From contig JAPEUD010000028.1 of assembly GCA_026026165.1 (NCBI GenBank), forward strand, positions 62,001-126,000: a stretch of 64,000 nt of DNA, in the 5' to 3' direction. The DNA comes from Sarea resinae. Taxonomy: Eukaryota. Of the stretch, positions 25,265 to 37,319 are shown piece by piece. The position numbers were made by a program, and so were the translations under genes. Position 1 is the first letter of the stretch; the number at the start of each line of letters is the position of its first letter. The notes under the pieces were generated by a model. The model saw only the letters and a list, made by a program, of their open reading frames with translations. It was not told the origin of the DNA and ran no database searches.

Positions 25265-28200
25265 TCAGTCTTTCTGAATTTGCGGCTGCCGAGGTATTGA
25301 GAAACGTCCACGATTGGCCCATCCGTTCATGCCTCGTCGAATACCTAACGTCTTGTTTTGAGGATCAGGCTTATCTGGTAAGTGTGACATGTTTGCTGGT
25401 TGCGTCGTAGCTGCTGGCCGAGGAAACGTTGGAGGATCGCGATTCATGTTCATGGTTTCAACCAACGTATCTCTTGGGGTGTCCTTTGAGCTTTTCTTTG
25501 TAGCTTCTATTTCACCGGGTGCAACACATGGTTGTGGAGCCACTATTGGAGGTGGTGAGCTCGACAAGAAGACGTAATTTTTTGCTTCATGACTATCATC
25601 TCTTATGGATGGGGGCCGGCCTTTGAAAGGCCTCGGCTTCAGGCGATGACCAGCGAGTGGAGGGGGTATCGTTGGGGGTAGAGGCGCATCGGGCACGGTT
25701 GGAAGGCTAAAGCCACCGTGAGATTGGAATGGATGATACATGGTCTGTCCTTCCCTTGCTTCGGGTTTCGATACCTCATTGATTGATATAACTTCCATCG
25801 GCTTGTGAGGTCGGGAACAGCCCGCTCCGTTGCGTGGTCGTGGCAACGACAACAATGGTGAACGCTTATCAGATCCAGTCGGGACGTCACGTGGACTGGC
25901 TGGGTCTTCAATTTCATTTTCTTTGAAGAAATCTAGCAGACTGCCTTGCCCAGGTACTTTCGTTTTAACACCCAATTTCGATGGCTCAGGTTGTGACTGC
26001 GATCCGTTGTGTTTTGCGGATCCCAAATCATTTTTAGTCTTGTTGAGCTTGGTTTTCCCTGCAGGAATGGCATTGCCACTTGCTCCTTGCGATCCGAGCT
26101 GCTGTAGGTGGGCACTAGCGCTCATGAAGCCATTGCTTAGGGATGTATTGGAGACAGAGAATGCTTGTGGATTCTGCATGGTTGTTTCTGTCGATGGTAA
26201 TCCACTGGGCTTGAAAGCTTGCGCCGCCCCATGTGGATTGATCGGCCATTCAGCGTCGATTCGACGGCGCTTCGCAGCCGGATGTAGTGAAGGCTGATAT
26301 CTATGGCCCCTTTGAAGGGACCACGAGGTACTGTCCTCGCTTTGTTCACCGTCGGTATCGCGGTCCGTTGGCCATAAGTCGTCTTCAACGTTTTTGACGC
26401 CACAGCTGGCCGCGATATCAGACTCGGAGGGGCACTGCCTTCTCAAGATTCGCGCTATCGATTGAATTTCGCTAAATCTAAACAGGGGACCTCTCTTTTC
26501 CAACATATGCACCAAAGACGGCTGGGAGAGAAAGTGAGATACGCTCGTCTCGACTGATGTCTATTAGTCTTGTTGGCAGGGCTTGCAGGACTTGCGGTTG
26601 AACCTACTATTTTGTGAACTTTTTGCCGGTGAACTCATATACAAGAGCGCTTGTGCTCTCGTCATGGCAACATAAAGTAACCGTCGTTCTTCGTCTGTAT
26701 TCTCGGCTCTCGAGTGCGGTATGGAACCTTCATATGCTCCCGGGATAAACACCACGGGCCACTCGAGACCCTTTGCTGCATGGATCGTTGATATAGTGAT
26801 TTGATGATCCTGCGCATTGCCATCCTCTTCTGGTTTGACTTCAGAGGTTAAGGTCACATTGGCTAGAAAGTTTGATAAGACATCCTCAGTAGATGAAGGC
26901 TTATGTTGTTCTAGCCCATCGATTTGTGGGAGGAAGTCGTCTTCGTCTTGATTGTCGATCGTCACTGATTGAGAGACTTCTGTCGCCTGGGCAACAAGTT
27001 CTTGCACATTCGCCCATCGCGTCTCATGATCGTTTGGATGGGTCTTCTCGAGGTATTGTTCGAAAGACAGCTGGTCGATTAATGATTCAACCAAGTCAAG
27101 GAAAGAACATGCCGAATTGCTATGGCCAAGTAGCCTTTTCCGCGATCTTTGAATCAGATTCACGAATGAGCCCAGTGAATTGAGCGCTGGCTTCGAAAGT
27201 TTGACTGTCGTCGGCTTGTGTTCTTGAGGGGCGCTTTGTATAAGAGACCAGAGTGTCACTCTCCTCGTCTCTGCCTCTTCCAGTAATCCTTTGACGGTCT
27301 TTTCCCCAATTCTTCTCGGGGGTACATTGATGATGCGAGCTAGTGCGTCACTATTGCCAGGCTGACTGATCACTCGAAGGTAGTCTATCAGAATTTTGAT
27401 CTCCAGCCTGTCAAAGAATCGGGAGCCACCGACCATGCGATAAGGCAAGCCAGCTTGACCCAAAGCAGACTCGATATTGCGTGAGAGAAATGCCGACCGC
27501 ACAAGGATGGCGAAGTCTGAGTTGATCAGAAGATTGCCAGCCAGTCCAAGTGCTCGCCGAATCTCGGAGACAATCCATTGGGCCTCATCAGCAGCGCACT
27601 CAAGTCTCCGAAGCACAGGCCGAGTCCCAACGGAGTGTGTTGGCAGAAGAGTCTTTGGTGGTCTCGAGGTATCTTGCTGAATGACCTCGAGTGCAGCAAG
27701 TAGGATTGATCCAGAGCTTCTGTAGTTCTCTTCGAGTAGGATCTGAAGCGTCTGTGGATATTGTTCGCGCATCCGATCCAGGTTTTTGATTTCGGCCGAT
27801 CGAAAGCCATAGATGCTCTGGTCAGGATCGCCCACGATTGTCACGGTCTCTTTATATTGAGCGAACAGGCGCATGAGCTCGAACTGAACTACGTTCGTGT
27901 CCTGGTACTCATCGATCAGAACTGCTTGTACGTTCGAAACGCAGGCAGGATGCTGTTGCAGTAGCTGTACGCATCGCAATAGAAGATCGTCGTAATCAAG
28001 AAGATTCGAGTCGGCGAGGACAGTCTCGTACTCATCATAAACGGTGTCAAACTCTTGTTGATCGATTAGATTGGGGTTACAAGAGACATGATCGCCTCGA
28101 GGATGAGAAACAACAGCTTGCGATCGGTCACCACCTTTCGCCTTGACTGTCGAGATACGAGCCCGAGCCTTTTCAGGGCGGAGTTGCAATCCGCGGCGTT

Positions 28201-28635
28201 TGACGATACGCTTTCCCGAATGTTAGCTCGATACCTGTGCATGCGACGTTGAGCGAGAAAGACCTTGATGATGCCCAAGCTATCAGAACTGTCTGCGATG
28301 CTGAAGCCACTCTTGACGCCGATCAGAGAGCCATAACGAAAGAGGTATCGCAGAGCAATGGAGTGAAACGTGCCGAGAACGAGTTTCTTCTCGAGACCTT
28401 CACCAATCAGGTTCTTGATTCTGTCTCTCATCTCCCGTGCGGCTTTGACGGTAAAGGTAGCAACGATGACATTGCATGGGTCAAGACCATGGTGCGAGAG
28501 AAGATACGCAACCCGTGAAGTAAGTGTCTTGGTCTTGCCGGAGCCGGGAGGTGCTAGGATCTGAAGGACTGCCGCTGGACTTGCGACCGCATGGCGTTGA
28601 GCAGCATTCAAGCCAGAGAGTATTCGATCATCCAT
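25265..28635 (-). CDS. SRS2: UvrD/REP-family (SF1A) 3'-5' DNA helicase, Srs2-like, 3 exons
   Basis: Motif I LAPPGSGKTKTLT, TFTVKAAREM, GTFHS, LIDEYQD, VGDPDQSIYGFR, LEENYRS, STIHAAKGLEW and EERRLLYVAMTRA, followed by a disordered C-terminal tail. Introns at about 28211-28264 and about 26555-26607 (second acceptor uncertain). Confidence 0.9.
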
Positions 28636-29200
28636 CGAGTACCATAGATAAGGTATCCTCTGTCTTCGAAGACGTGGACGATGCGGCTGTCTGTTTGTTT
28701 CTCAGGTGTCCGGTCTGGTGCTCAGGTAAAGTAGCGAGGCACAAGGAACGCAACCGAGCTGAGCTGAGCTGGACTGAGCTAAGGTACTAAGCAGAGAAAC
28801 ATTAAATTGAGGCTGATAGTGACGATGACGATGATAATGACAGTGACGACGACAATTGACGAGGGGAACGATTGCCAGTCAGGACCCGATCAAGTCAACA
28901 GTGAAGGAGGTGCCATCCCCGGGTTCATCCATCATGCGCAAGGGACCAGTACCATCTGTTCGAGTATTAGCTACCGCTCATTTGGCGCATCATACGCCAG
29001 TGGCGTAGGTTCCTCGTACCTGTCTACTCAATTTGTGTCCAGCTTCCAAACGCGAGATCACGTGCTCGCAGCATTAACCTCCCCCTCCCCCTCCCCCTCC
29101 CCGGTGTGTGCAGTGAACCCATCTCCAAGCTTGCCCGAAGAGTTGAGTCGCAGTACTGCAACATCAAGCTCTTCTTCCCATTTCCTGGCCCGAGAGCCTC

Positions 29201-31229
29201 TCAATGTGCGCCATCCGGGGCCGCTGAGGAGCCGGGCGTCACCTTGCGCAGGAAGTACAAGTACCCCTGCGTGGTGTTCCCGACTTGGACCTCATCGAGC
29301 GGCCCGATGACTTTGGCATCATCCAGCCGATACCAACCTCCATTCTTTCGAACGGTGGCGGCATAATGGCCTTGACTGACACTGCGCCTTGTGTTAGCCG
29401 TGCCTCTCGTGGGAATAGAGATCTGGAATTGACTTGCCCTTTGCTTGGATGGTCCACGACTGCGTACACCTCCCACCGATGGAGCCTCTCGGCGGCACAC
29501 GACTGGGCGGAGAACGCACCAAGCTCAAAGTCCCCAACGGGAAATTTCACCGGTGTGATGTTCTTCTCACCGTTGTCGTAGAGCCGGTAGAGGCGGACCA
29601 CAAGGTGGTCGGAAACGGAAGCGAGCGACCTGGCTTTGACGACCTGGCCACTCTGGCTGCAGCTAGGGCAGGTGTATCCCTCAAGTTCCTCTTCAGCCTT
29701 CCACGTGTCGAAACACGCCTCCAGCGTCTGGGGCTCCAAGAGCTTGGCGCGAGCCTTGCTCTTGGGTTGTTCCCCTGGAATTCTGAGGTTCAGGGAAGAG
29801 AAAGGCTCCGCCGAGTTTCTCTCCCAGCTACACCCCTTGCACCTATCTCGCACTTCTTCCTTCCCGGCGAACACCTTGTCTAGAACCGTTGTCGCCGGTT
29901 CGAGCTGGCTGCTAGACTCCACGAGGCGATTTTCGAGAGCCTTAGTCTCTTCCCGCACGAGCCGGGAGAGGAAGTCCTCGAAAAACTGGTGAGCATCCTG
30001 TTGGACCTCACCATTGAAGTCCTCGTGGAGTCTGCCGTAAGCCTGCTGTAAGGCGATAGGGGAAACGGTCTGACCGTTTTGATCCCCTTCCTCCACTTCA
30101 CGCACCATCTCCAAAAGGAAATGGCGGAAGTATCCGGACAACGGTCTAGATAATCATCAGTATCTATCGATTTTCGGGTTCAGGGACTCAGGGCCCGACT
30201 CACATCTCGTCCTTTTCCACCTTTGCTAAAGCAGTCCGGATGTCGTCTATTAGGTCTCGATCCTTGCGGGTCTTGCCCTTGCAACGTGCGATATCAGCGA
30301 CGCTCAGCCCCCGCCACAAATCAGTGCCAAGGAGTTCCGAACCCGGAGCCATCTCTAAGAAATGACTCCGTAACGGAGACGTCTCCACCAGACACTGAAG
30401 TGTGGCGTTCATAAAGCAAGCATAACGTAAGTTATGCAAGCCGGCAAGGCGAGGTCGCTTCGATTCGCGATCCGGGGTCGTTTCCTCGTTTCCAGGCAGT
30501 TCATCTGCCTTCCTCTTTTTGCTTGACTCGTGGGTCACAGCAGTCGCCTGCTTGCCCGGAGCCTCCACAATAGGAGATTCAACAACCGTTTCCACCGCTC
30601 TTCGACCTTTTGGTCGGACCCCTTTTCCTCCTCTTCCCCGTCGATCCCCAGGAATCGCAGTGGTCGGGATCTTCGTCTTCTCGGCTGTGACCGGCCGAGT
30701 CTTCGCAGCTGTGACCTGCTGCGAAGACGACGGGTTGCCCTTCGCACTTTGACCCTTCGGTCGCACCCCCTTCATGACAGCTTTCTTCGCAGCCATAATG
30801 GCCTAAGGAACGAAACGTTAGTTTAGAACATTGCAAGAGGATCAGGGAACGTACATGGTCCGAAAGTGCCTTCTCCTGTGCCTTGGGCTTGGCAGCAGGT
30901 GCCTGAAGATGGTTGATGTTAGCTCTGCATGTTAAAGTTGAGTTCGAACGTTTCGTACCCTCTGGTCACCGGCCTCTCGCGCCGCCGAGAGCACACGAGG
31001 TGCCTCTTTGGCCTTGAGTACCGGTTTCCGGCTTGACTGGACAGAAGGGACTGTCGGCTCCTCCGAGCGCGACAGCTGGTGTTCGTGTCTGGTTAGTGGT
31101 CCCCATGATTATATCTGATGGGAGGGGTTTGCTTACTTTCGGCCTCTTCGCCGATATTGTGACCTCCGACGCGCTCTCAAATGCCCTCTTCGCCGCCTTC
31201 AAGGCCATGTTCGGTACTTGTGATGCCAT
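29201..31229 (-). CDS. Ubiquitin-specific protease (peptidase C19/USP) with a Lys/Arg-rich N-terminus, 6 exons
   Basis: Cys box AGLHNLRYACFMNATLQCL, QQDAHQFF, CxxC pairs (CKGC, CPSC), His box EVYAVVDH...GHYAA...WYRLDD and terminal YLYFLRK. A phase-consistent model can be built from MASQVPNM at 31229. Confidence 0.8.
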
Positions 31230-32259
31230 CTTCGAAAAGATGACACGGGAAAAACAGTAATCAAAGATGGTTGAATGCCAATGATGAGGTGGTTTACGCA
31301 CGCGTGGATATGGTGAGGAGGAAAGGATCAGATGGACGGTCGGCCGACGATAAGTACTCACAGCCCATGCGAGAGGCTGGTAGCTAATCCTACTGTGAAT
31401 TATTCGTGTGAATTCAATGGGCAGCTACTCTATTGAGAAGGAGTGACTGCTTCACTCGGTTGGCAATGCTACGCGGGGCTAAGCCAATGCACTGAGTGCA
31501 GTTACGGGACATGTACACGCCATCGAATCCTAATTCACAGCTTTAATCATTCAGCAGGAAGCCACAATGCTTGCGGACGGCTAAACTGTTGCTCTACCGA
31601 GTTCCGCCAGCAACGCGAGACGAGTCCTGGACTAACCCTCAAATCCTCGGTTTCTGATGGATCTTCACCGTGATAATATCACTGGGTGCTGAATTTTTAT
31701 GACGCTGCTCAGGTAGACTAATGTATGTTATGTAGTAGGATAGCTCGTGAAACTATTTAGCTCTGTTATTGTTGCACTGGGTCAACGTTTCTCGTAGGTC
31801 GTTTCAATTATTGTGGTTCTCTTTCAGCCAGACGTAGTTTTCACGAGCATCAAATCAGACTGACTTTACGCTAAATATGACATTGGCATCGAACATCAAG
31901 TCTGAAGTCAAGATCCTACATTTCATCTCTATATGCGGTTGACATCGTGAGTTGTTGGCTATATTCTCAATATTTGATTGACTCCTGTTTGTAACCCCTT
32001 TCGCTTTGTTTACATCCCTAGTCGCGGAGACTATGTAGCACCTAGTACCTAGATTAGATCGACCCTACCGCGCGTCATACGGCTTACGTCGACAGTCGCG
32101 CGCGCGGCGCCACAACATAAGCGAGCTGCACGACCTACCACCCTAAATGGGAAACCACGACTTGACACCAAATCCCATTGCTACCTCATCGCAATCGCAA
32201 TACGCCATTCAATAGTTCCCATCCATTCACCTAGGCAGTCAGCTTACACGGTATTCAAA

Positions 32260-32842
32260 ATGCGCTTTCCTGCTCTCTCACTTGCGCTTCTAGCGGCTAC
32301 ATTCTCGTCCTTTGCTTCGGCTACCTCATCGGCCGACGAGGTCCAAACTGAAATCACCAATCCCGTCGAGTGCACGCGCAAGACACAAGTGGGCGATAAC
32401 ATCAAGGTGCACTACCGCGGTACTCTCGCTGCGGATGGGCGGGAGTTTGACGCCAGCTACAAGCGCGGCACGCCTCTAGCCTTCACAGTAGGCCAAGGGC
32501 AGGTCATAAAGGGGTTCGTCTTCTTGTCCTCCCACTATAAAACCTCTCTACGTATGCTGTTTGCGGTTTTGGATACGGGCTGACTCTGTTCTTGCTTTGT
32601 TTCTGGCGCAATAGATGGGACGACGGATTACTGGGCATGTGCATCGGGGAGAAGAGGACCTTAACGATTCCACCGAAGTTCGGATATGGCGATCGCGCTG
32701 TTGGCCCGATTCCTGCAGGGTCAACGCTGAGTATGTGCCCTGATCAATTGCTGCTTGGGGGGACAATTGGGCTGACTGGATCGTCGCAGTTTTTGAGACG
32801 GAGCTCATGGCTATTCAGGGTGTCGATAAGGATGAGCTGTAG
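32260..32842 (+). CDS. FPR2: ER-luminal FKBP-type peptidyl-prolyl isomerase (FKBP13/Fpr2-like), 3 exons
   Basis: Signal peptide [15 protein letters not shown], then [40 protein letters not shown]. Last exon [16 protein letters not shown] carries a KDEL retrieval signal. Confidence 0.92.
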
Positions 32843-33879
32843 ATTGTATCTAGAGGTCCGAGAAGACGGTATCATTGAGACGCGCAAAAATATGTTGCCC
32901 AGGAGCCTTAATCGGAGTCTCTCGCTGCTAGTGTCCGTGAAATTATACGGTCCACATCTTGTTGACAGGAACGCTTTACATATGGTCCTCGGCGACTATC
33001 TGTCGTAGCTGGTCCCAGGTATCCATGGATAATCCAAGCTGGAAAAAAGCATATGTATCAGATAACATCAAATATCCGTTTTGACACATTTTGTTCGATA
33101 GACCTTGATGATAAACCGGGGAAAAGAAAGGGCTGTGACCGTGTCAACGATTTTACCTGTTCGTATGGGTTCGCTTATATAATCTTATAGCAAATGAAAT
33201 GTAAACGGTAGAGACAGACGAATACGCGCACTCGTACATTCAATAGCTTGCAAAGGCCTGTAACAATAAACAAAGAAAAAGACCAAAGTACGACTTTGCC
33301 GTCAAAACGATCTCTTGACAATTCCGCCCAAATCCAATGGTAACCGCTTTGACTAGATTGGTTTCGACTTGATCATACAACTTTAGCAAACAGATTGTAG
33401 GTTTCTTTCATTATCGAACACGTACTTTTGATGTAGCTTATGCTTGTGATTGGACCAGGATAGCCGGCTGATTAAAAATGTCCAATTTCTTATCCAAATG
33501 TGACTGACTTAATAGAATAATGGAGTCTTAATAAATGTTGGATTCGAGGCATTCATCCACGGACATTGCGTTTTCAGGACTCGCTCAACCCCTATCGAAG
33601 TGGCTGAGGTGGTGCGGCACAGCAAAGGGTAGTCAATCATATGCTGCTTTCGGCGAGCGCGAGGCGTTGGTCAGCGGCTATCTCTTGCGAGCAGTTCCCT
33701 CTATCTACCGAGCTGGTCCCTTTTCAGGAGCATATCTGTGTTGAAAAGCTGTATGTCATCTTGTCAGCCAGCAAAACTCTCGCTGCACCCAAGTATTGCG
33801 GTATCTGGCTTACCCGCGCTGGAATATTTTCTTCGCGATTCGACCAGAACGACAGATTCGCGACTATCACTATCTCCCG

Positions 33880-34770
33880 ATGGACGTTCAGCCGGCTTCT
33901 CCGGCTTCTGCCTGCACCGCTTGTGGATGGACCGTCAAAGACCAAAAAGGGTGTCGCTATGAAAGCCATGTCAAGTTGTTCTACGGTGTCTCTACTCATG
34001 GCGTCTGGGCTTTGGGTTCAGATTATATCCTCAAAGAACGTCCGATAGAAAATCGCAACACCGAAGCCACGAATATGAGATTTATCTAAGAAAATACCAC
34101 GATTCCAATCCCTGAGCTGGTCAACTATTGGATTGATGATAATAGATCATGTTTCACCCTGATGAAACGTGTCAAGGGCGAGACTCTAGAAGTGGCCTGG
34201 CCAAACATGTCTACTGCCGACAGAGAGCGGGTCGCTGATCAAACAGCGAAGGCTTTGCTTCAACTCCGCACCTTTGAATCACCGCGAATACAAAACGTCG
34301 AAGGAAAGCCGGTTTTTGACTCAATGTTATTTCTGGGCGGCGGTCTGGAGACCCCACATGGCCCTCTGTCTTCGGACGACGAACTTTGGAAGGAAATGGA
34401 GACCGGTATCAGTCACGTTCCCGAAAAGGCCCGTCGGAACCTACGACTACGTATGCCGCGTGCTTCTCCTTACGTCTTGACCCATGGCGACCTTACCGAC
34501 ATCAACATCATCGTCAACGAAGGCAACCTTGCCGGCATTTTGGATTGGGAAAGGGCAGCATACTTTCCTGTTTGGTGGGAGTTTGCCGCTGCGAGAATCG
34601 GCAATTCGGAGGCAGATGCTGAGTGGAAAGCACTCTTGAGGGAACATATGCCGGCGCATACCGAAGGACAACAGTTCTGGCTAGATTACTATGCCCTTAG
34701 GGCCTATCCCGACTTCAGAAATGAGCAAGGAGAAAAGCTGTTCCCTGAATTGATGGGAGGTGACGATTAG
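33880..34770 (+). pseudogene. Phosphotransferase (APH/choline-kinase-like) gene interrupted by one in-frame TAA
   Basis: ORFs 33796-34089 and 34162-34770 share a frame and read through as ..EATNMRFI*ENTTIPIPEL..MKRVKGETL.. Catalytic motifs THGDLTDINIIV and GILDWE are intact. No intron signals surround the stop. Confidence 0.75.
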
Positions 34771-36467
34771 ATTTGCTAGGACTTGCTATCGAGAGAGGAT
34801 TGGCTGGATCGCTTGTGATTATCCAGATTTTTGTATGAGAATCACGGGCCGCAATTTTATATTAGTGCGTACAGGAAGCAAGCCGTGGCTGGGTGGGTGT
34901 ACGTGCATGGCAGGTCGTCTCGTTGAGAGCTAAAGGTGAAGCTGTTGGCAAATGAGCTTGATATTATGCGTCAGCTATCAAGATTTGCAACGATGATGAA
35001 TGGAGGATGGAGAAAAGACTGCTATAACAATTGTGGTGTTCGACCTGCCTGCCTGCTAGCCGGCGTGCCTGTGTGTGTTCTACACCTCTCTGCTACCACT
35101 ATGCCACTACTTCCTTCTACCTTTTTCGCTGTAGCTTCAATGTTTAGGCCAGCCTGTAATGGCTTTTATCACATATAATTTGTCCCAAAGGCGAGAAAAA
35201 ATAGGTCTACAGGTCAACAGGTTATCAAATTCGCAGCTTATCTCTTAATCTGGGTGCAGAATTCTGCTAGATCTAGAGTGCAATAGAAGATCAGTAGAGC
35301 ATGTTGAAGAAGTGGTTTAGCTAATGCCAACCAAATTACTTGATGCTGTTGTATATATATGATAGCAGAACTTGCGCTTATGCATAGATTACCCTTTCAG
35401 TGCGATAAAATAATCAGCCGTTGCTTTTCCTACTTTCTCACAGCCTCTTCCCTTGGTATACCTTCCTAAACACTCCTATGTGCTCCACGACTATCTACCC
35501 TGCCCTGCTTCCTATCGTAATTGCCCCCACGATCTTGCGGTAGCAGAATAACTCTCCCTCGAACTACTAGGACACGAAGAGACTTCCGGGACGGTCTGGG
35601 GCTGAACCAGGAGCTCTCTTCCTAATCAGTAAACACGCTCCCTTTACTCATGATTGGCTTCGTAGTGGTGGCCTTGCTCCTCTCTCAACCCAGCGAGAGT
35701 AACGGAGTAACACCTAATAGAATATAGTTTAGCAAATCATAGTGGTAGCTTTATGCAAATGAAAATGAAATGCATCTGTTCCATCATCCTCATTTGCCTG
35801 CAACAACATGCCTCCACTGATCACAGTGCATAGTGATAACGGGACTTGGTGGTTGGCATGTAGTCAGTACGTAGAAGTCCAGACCAATCCGCGTGAATGC
35901 CAATTCCTGGACCTATATAAATCAATTAGACGCAACATTTCCTAACAGAAAGGTCAGTTGGTGGATACAAACCCATCTAATTCGTGGCTTAAATCAATGA
36001 TTCCAAGTGGGGTCGAATCACTCCCTCTTTCATCGAAGAGGTGTCAGGTTCGAATCCGGCAAGGAGGAGTATCTCACAGCCAACATTAATTAATTGCCAA
36101 AATAAATACGACACACCCAACACGACACAATAAGTACAACAAGAGGAGCCTTTCACTTCAACTGGAGAGATCCAGAGCAAAATCCTTCGGGGTTTTCGTA
36201 GGACTATTCGCAAGAATCGTCCGAGCTTTTTGCACTTCTTTTGTACGCAGTGTATATCTTTCATCATACATTGGAATGTCGGTGTAGGACTCTGTAGCAT
36301 CGCCCTGTCAATGACAAGTCATGTTGAATTCTTGAATAATACAAAGAGGAAGAGTTAGATAAACGCACTGCAGTCGCTGCTCTTAATGACAGACAGACTA
36401 TGCCTCCATCCCGACAACACCACGTCTTTACGGTATCGTATCACCAAGATCTTTATTACGCAGCCTC

Positions 36468-37018
36468 TCATTCATGCGTGGCAGTCTCCTCCATGTTCTT
36501 GACCGCGCTCTCCAGCTCTCGGATCCTCGACCCCACGCGCAACTTGATCTCGGCGCTGACGTCCGGCCCCGACTTCCCGACCGCAGCGTCGTATAGCTCC
36601 CGCAGCTTATCCAATTCCTCGCGCGCAGCTTTCCGATCATCAGCCGCGTAGACAGTTTTGCTCTCCGTCTCTTCTGATGCGATCTCGAACTGTGTGCGGA
36701 TTAGAAAACCGGGCGGCTAGAGCGAGAGGGCAAGAAGCGTTTACCTCGTCCTTGGCGGTTGCATACCTGGAGTAGCCAATTAGATGACGGATGATCAGCC
36801 AAAATCGTTCGATGATCGACTTACTGCTCCTGTATCGCATCCATGTAGAGATCAGCCTCGCGTCCCGAAGCATAACCGCGGACACATCTCGGCGTGCCCG
36901 GCGCCGCTGCCAGCGGCCTCGTCCATCGCGGCGCAGATCGTAGGCAATGGAGTGGCCTGATGGCTTTGGTAGATGCTTGCGCAGAGATAGCGCTACGATA
37001 GAGGGATCTTGACAACAT
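36468..37018 (-). CDS. Small uncharacterised protein with a mitochondrial presequence and coiled-coil C-terminus, 3 exons
   Basis: Arg/Ser-rich presequence MLSRSLYRSAISAQ...RGYAS, spliced to YATAKDE/FEIASEETESKTVYAADDRKAAREEL...RVGSRIRELESAV*. Canonical introns at about 36772-36824 and about 36691-36743. Confidence 0.75.
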
Positions 37019-37319
37019 TGCGAGGCCGTGGAACGAATTGGAGTCTATTCGGCGGAAGGGAAGCTTGGAAGTGGAGACGTGCAGGGGAGAGAAGAACGAA
37101 ATCTGGGGAAACAGGAGGATGACATAATCACCGGCGATCCAAAGTCCGCCCGAGGCTTCGTCTGCTCACCGCCTACTGACTAAGCCGAGCGACTGCAGCG
37201 AATCTGGAACCCTTTTCCCCATACTGTCATTGATCTTTTACAAGCATCCCTGATTCTTTCCTTCCTTCCTGGCGCGCGGCCACCACCCACCACCACCACA
37301 TCACCACCAGTCTACCACC

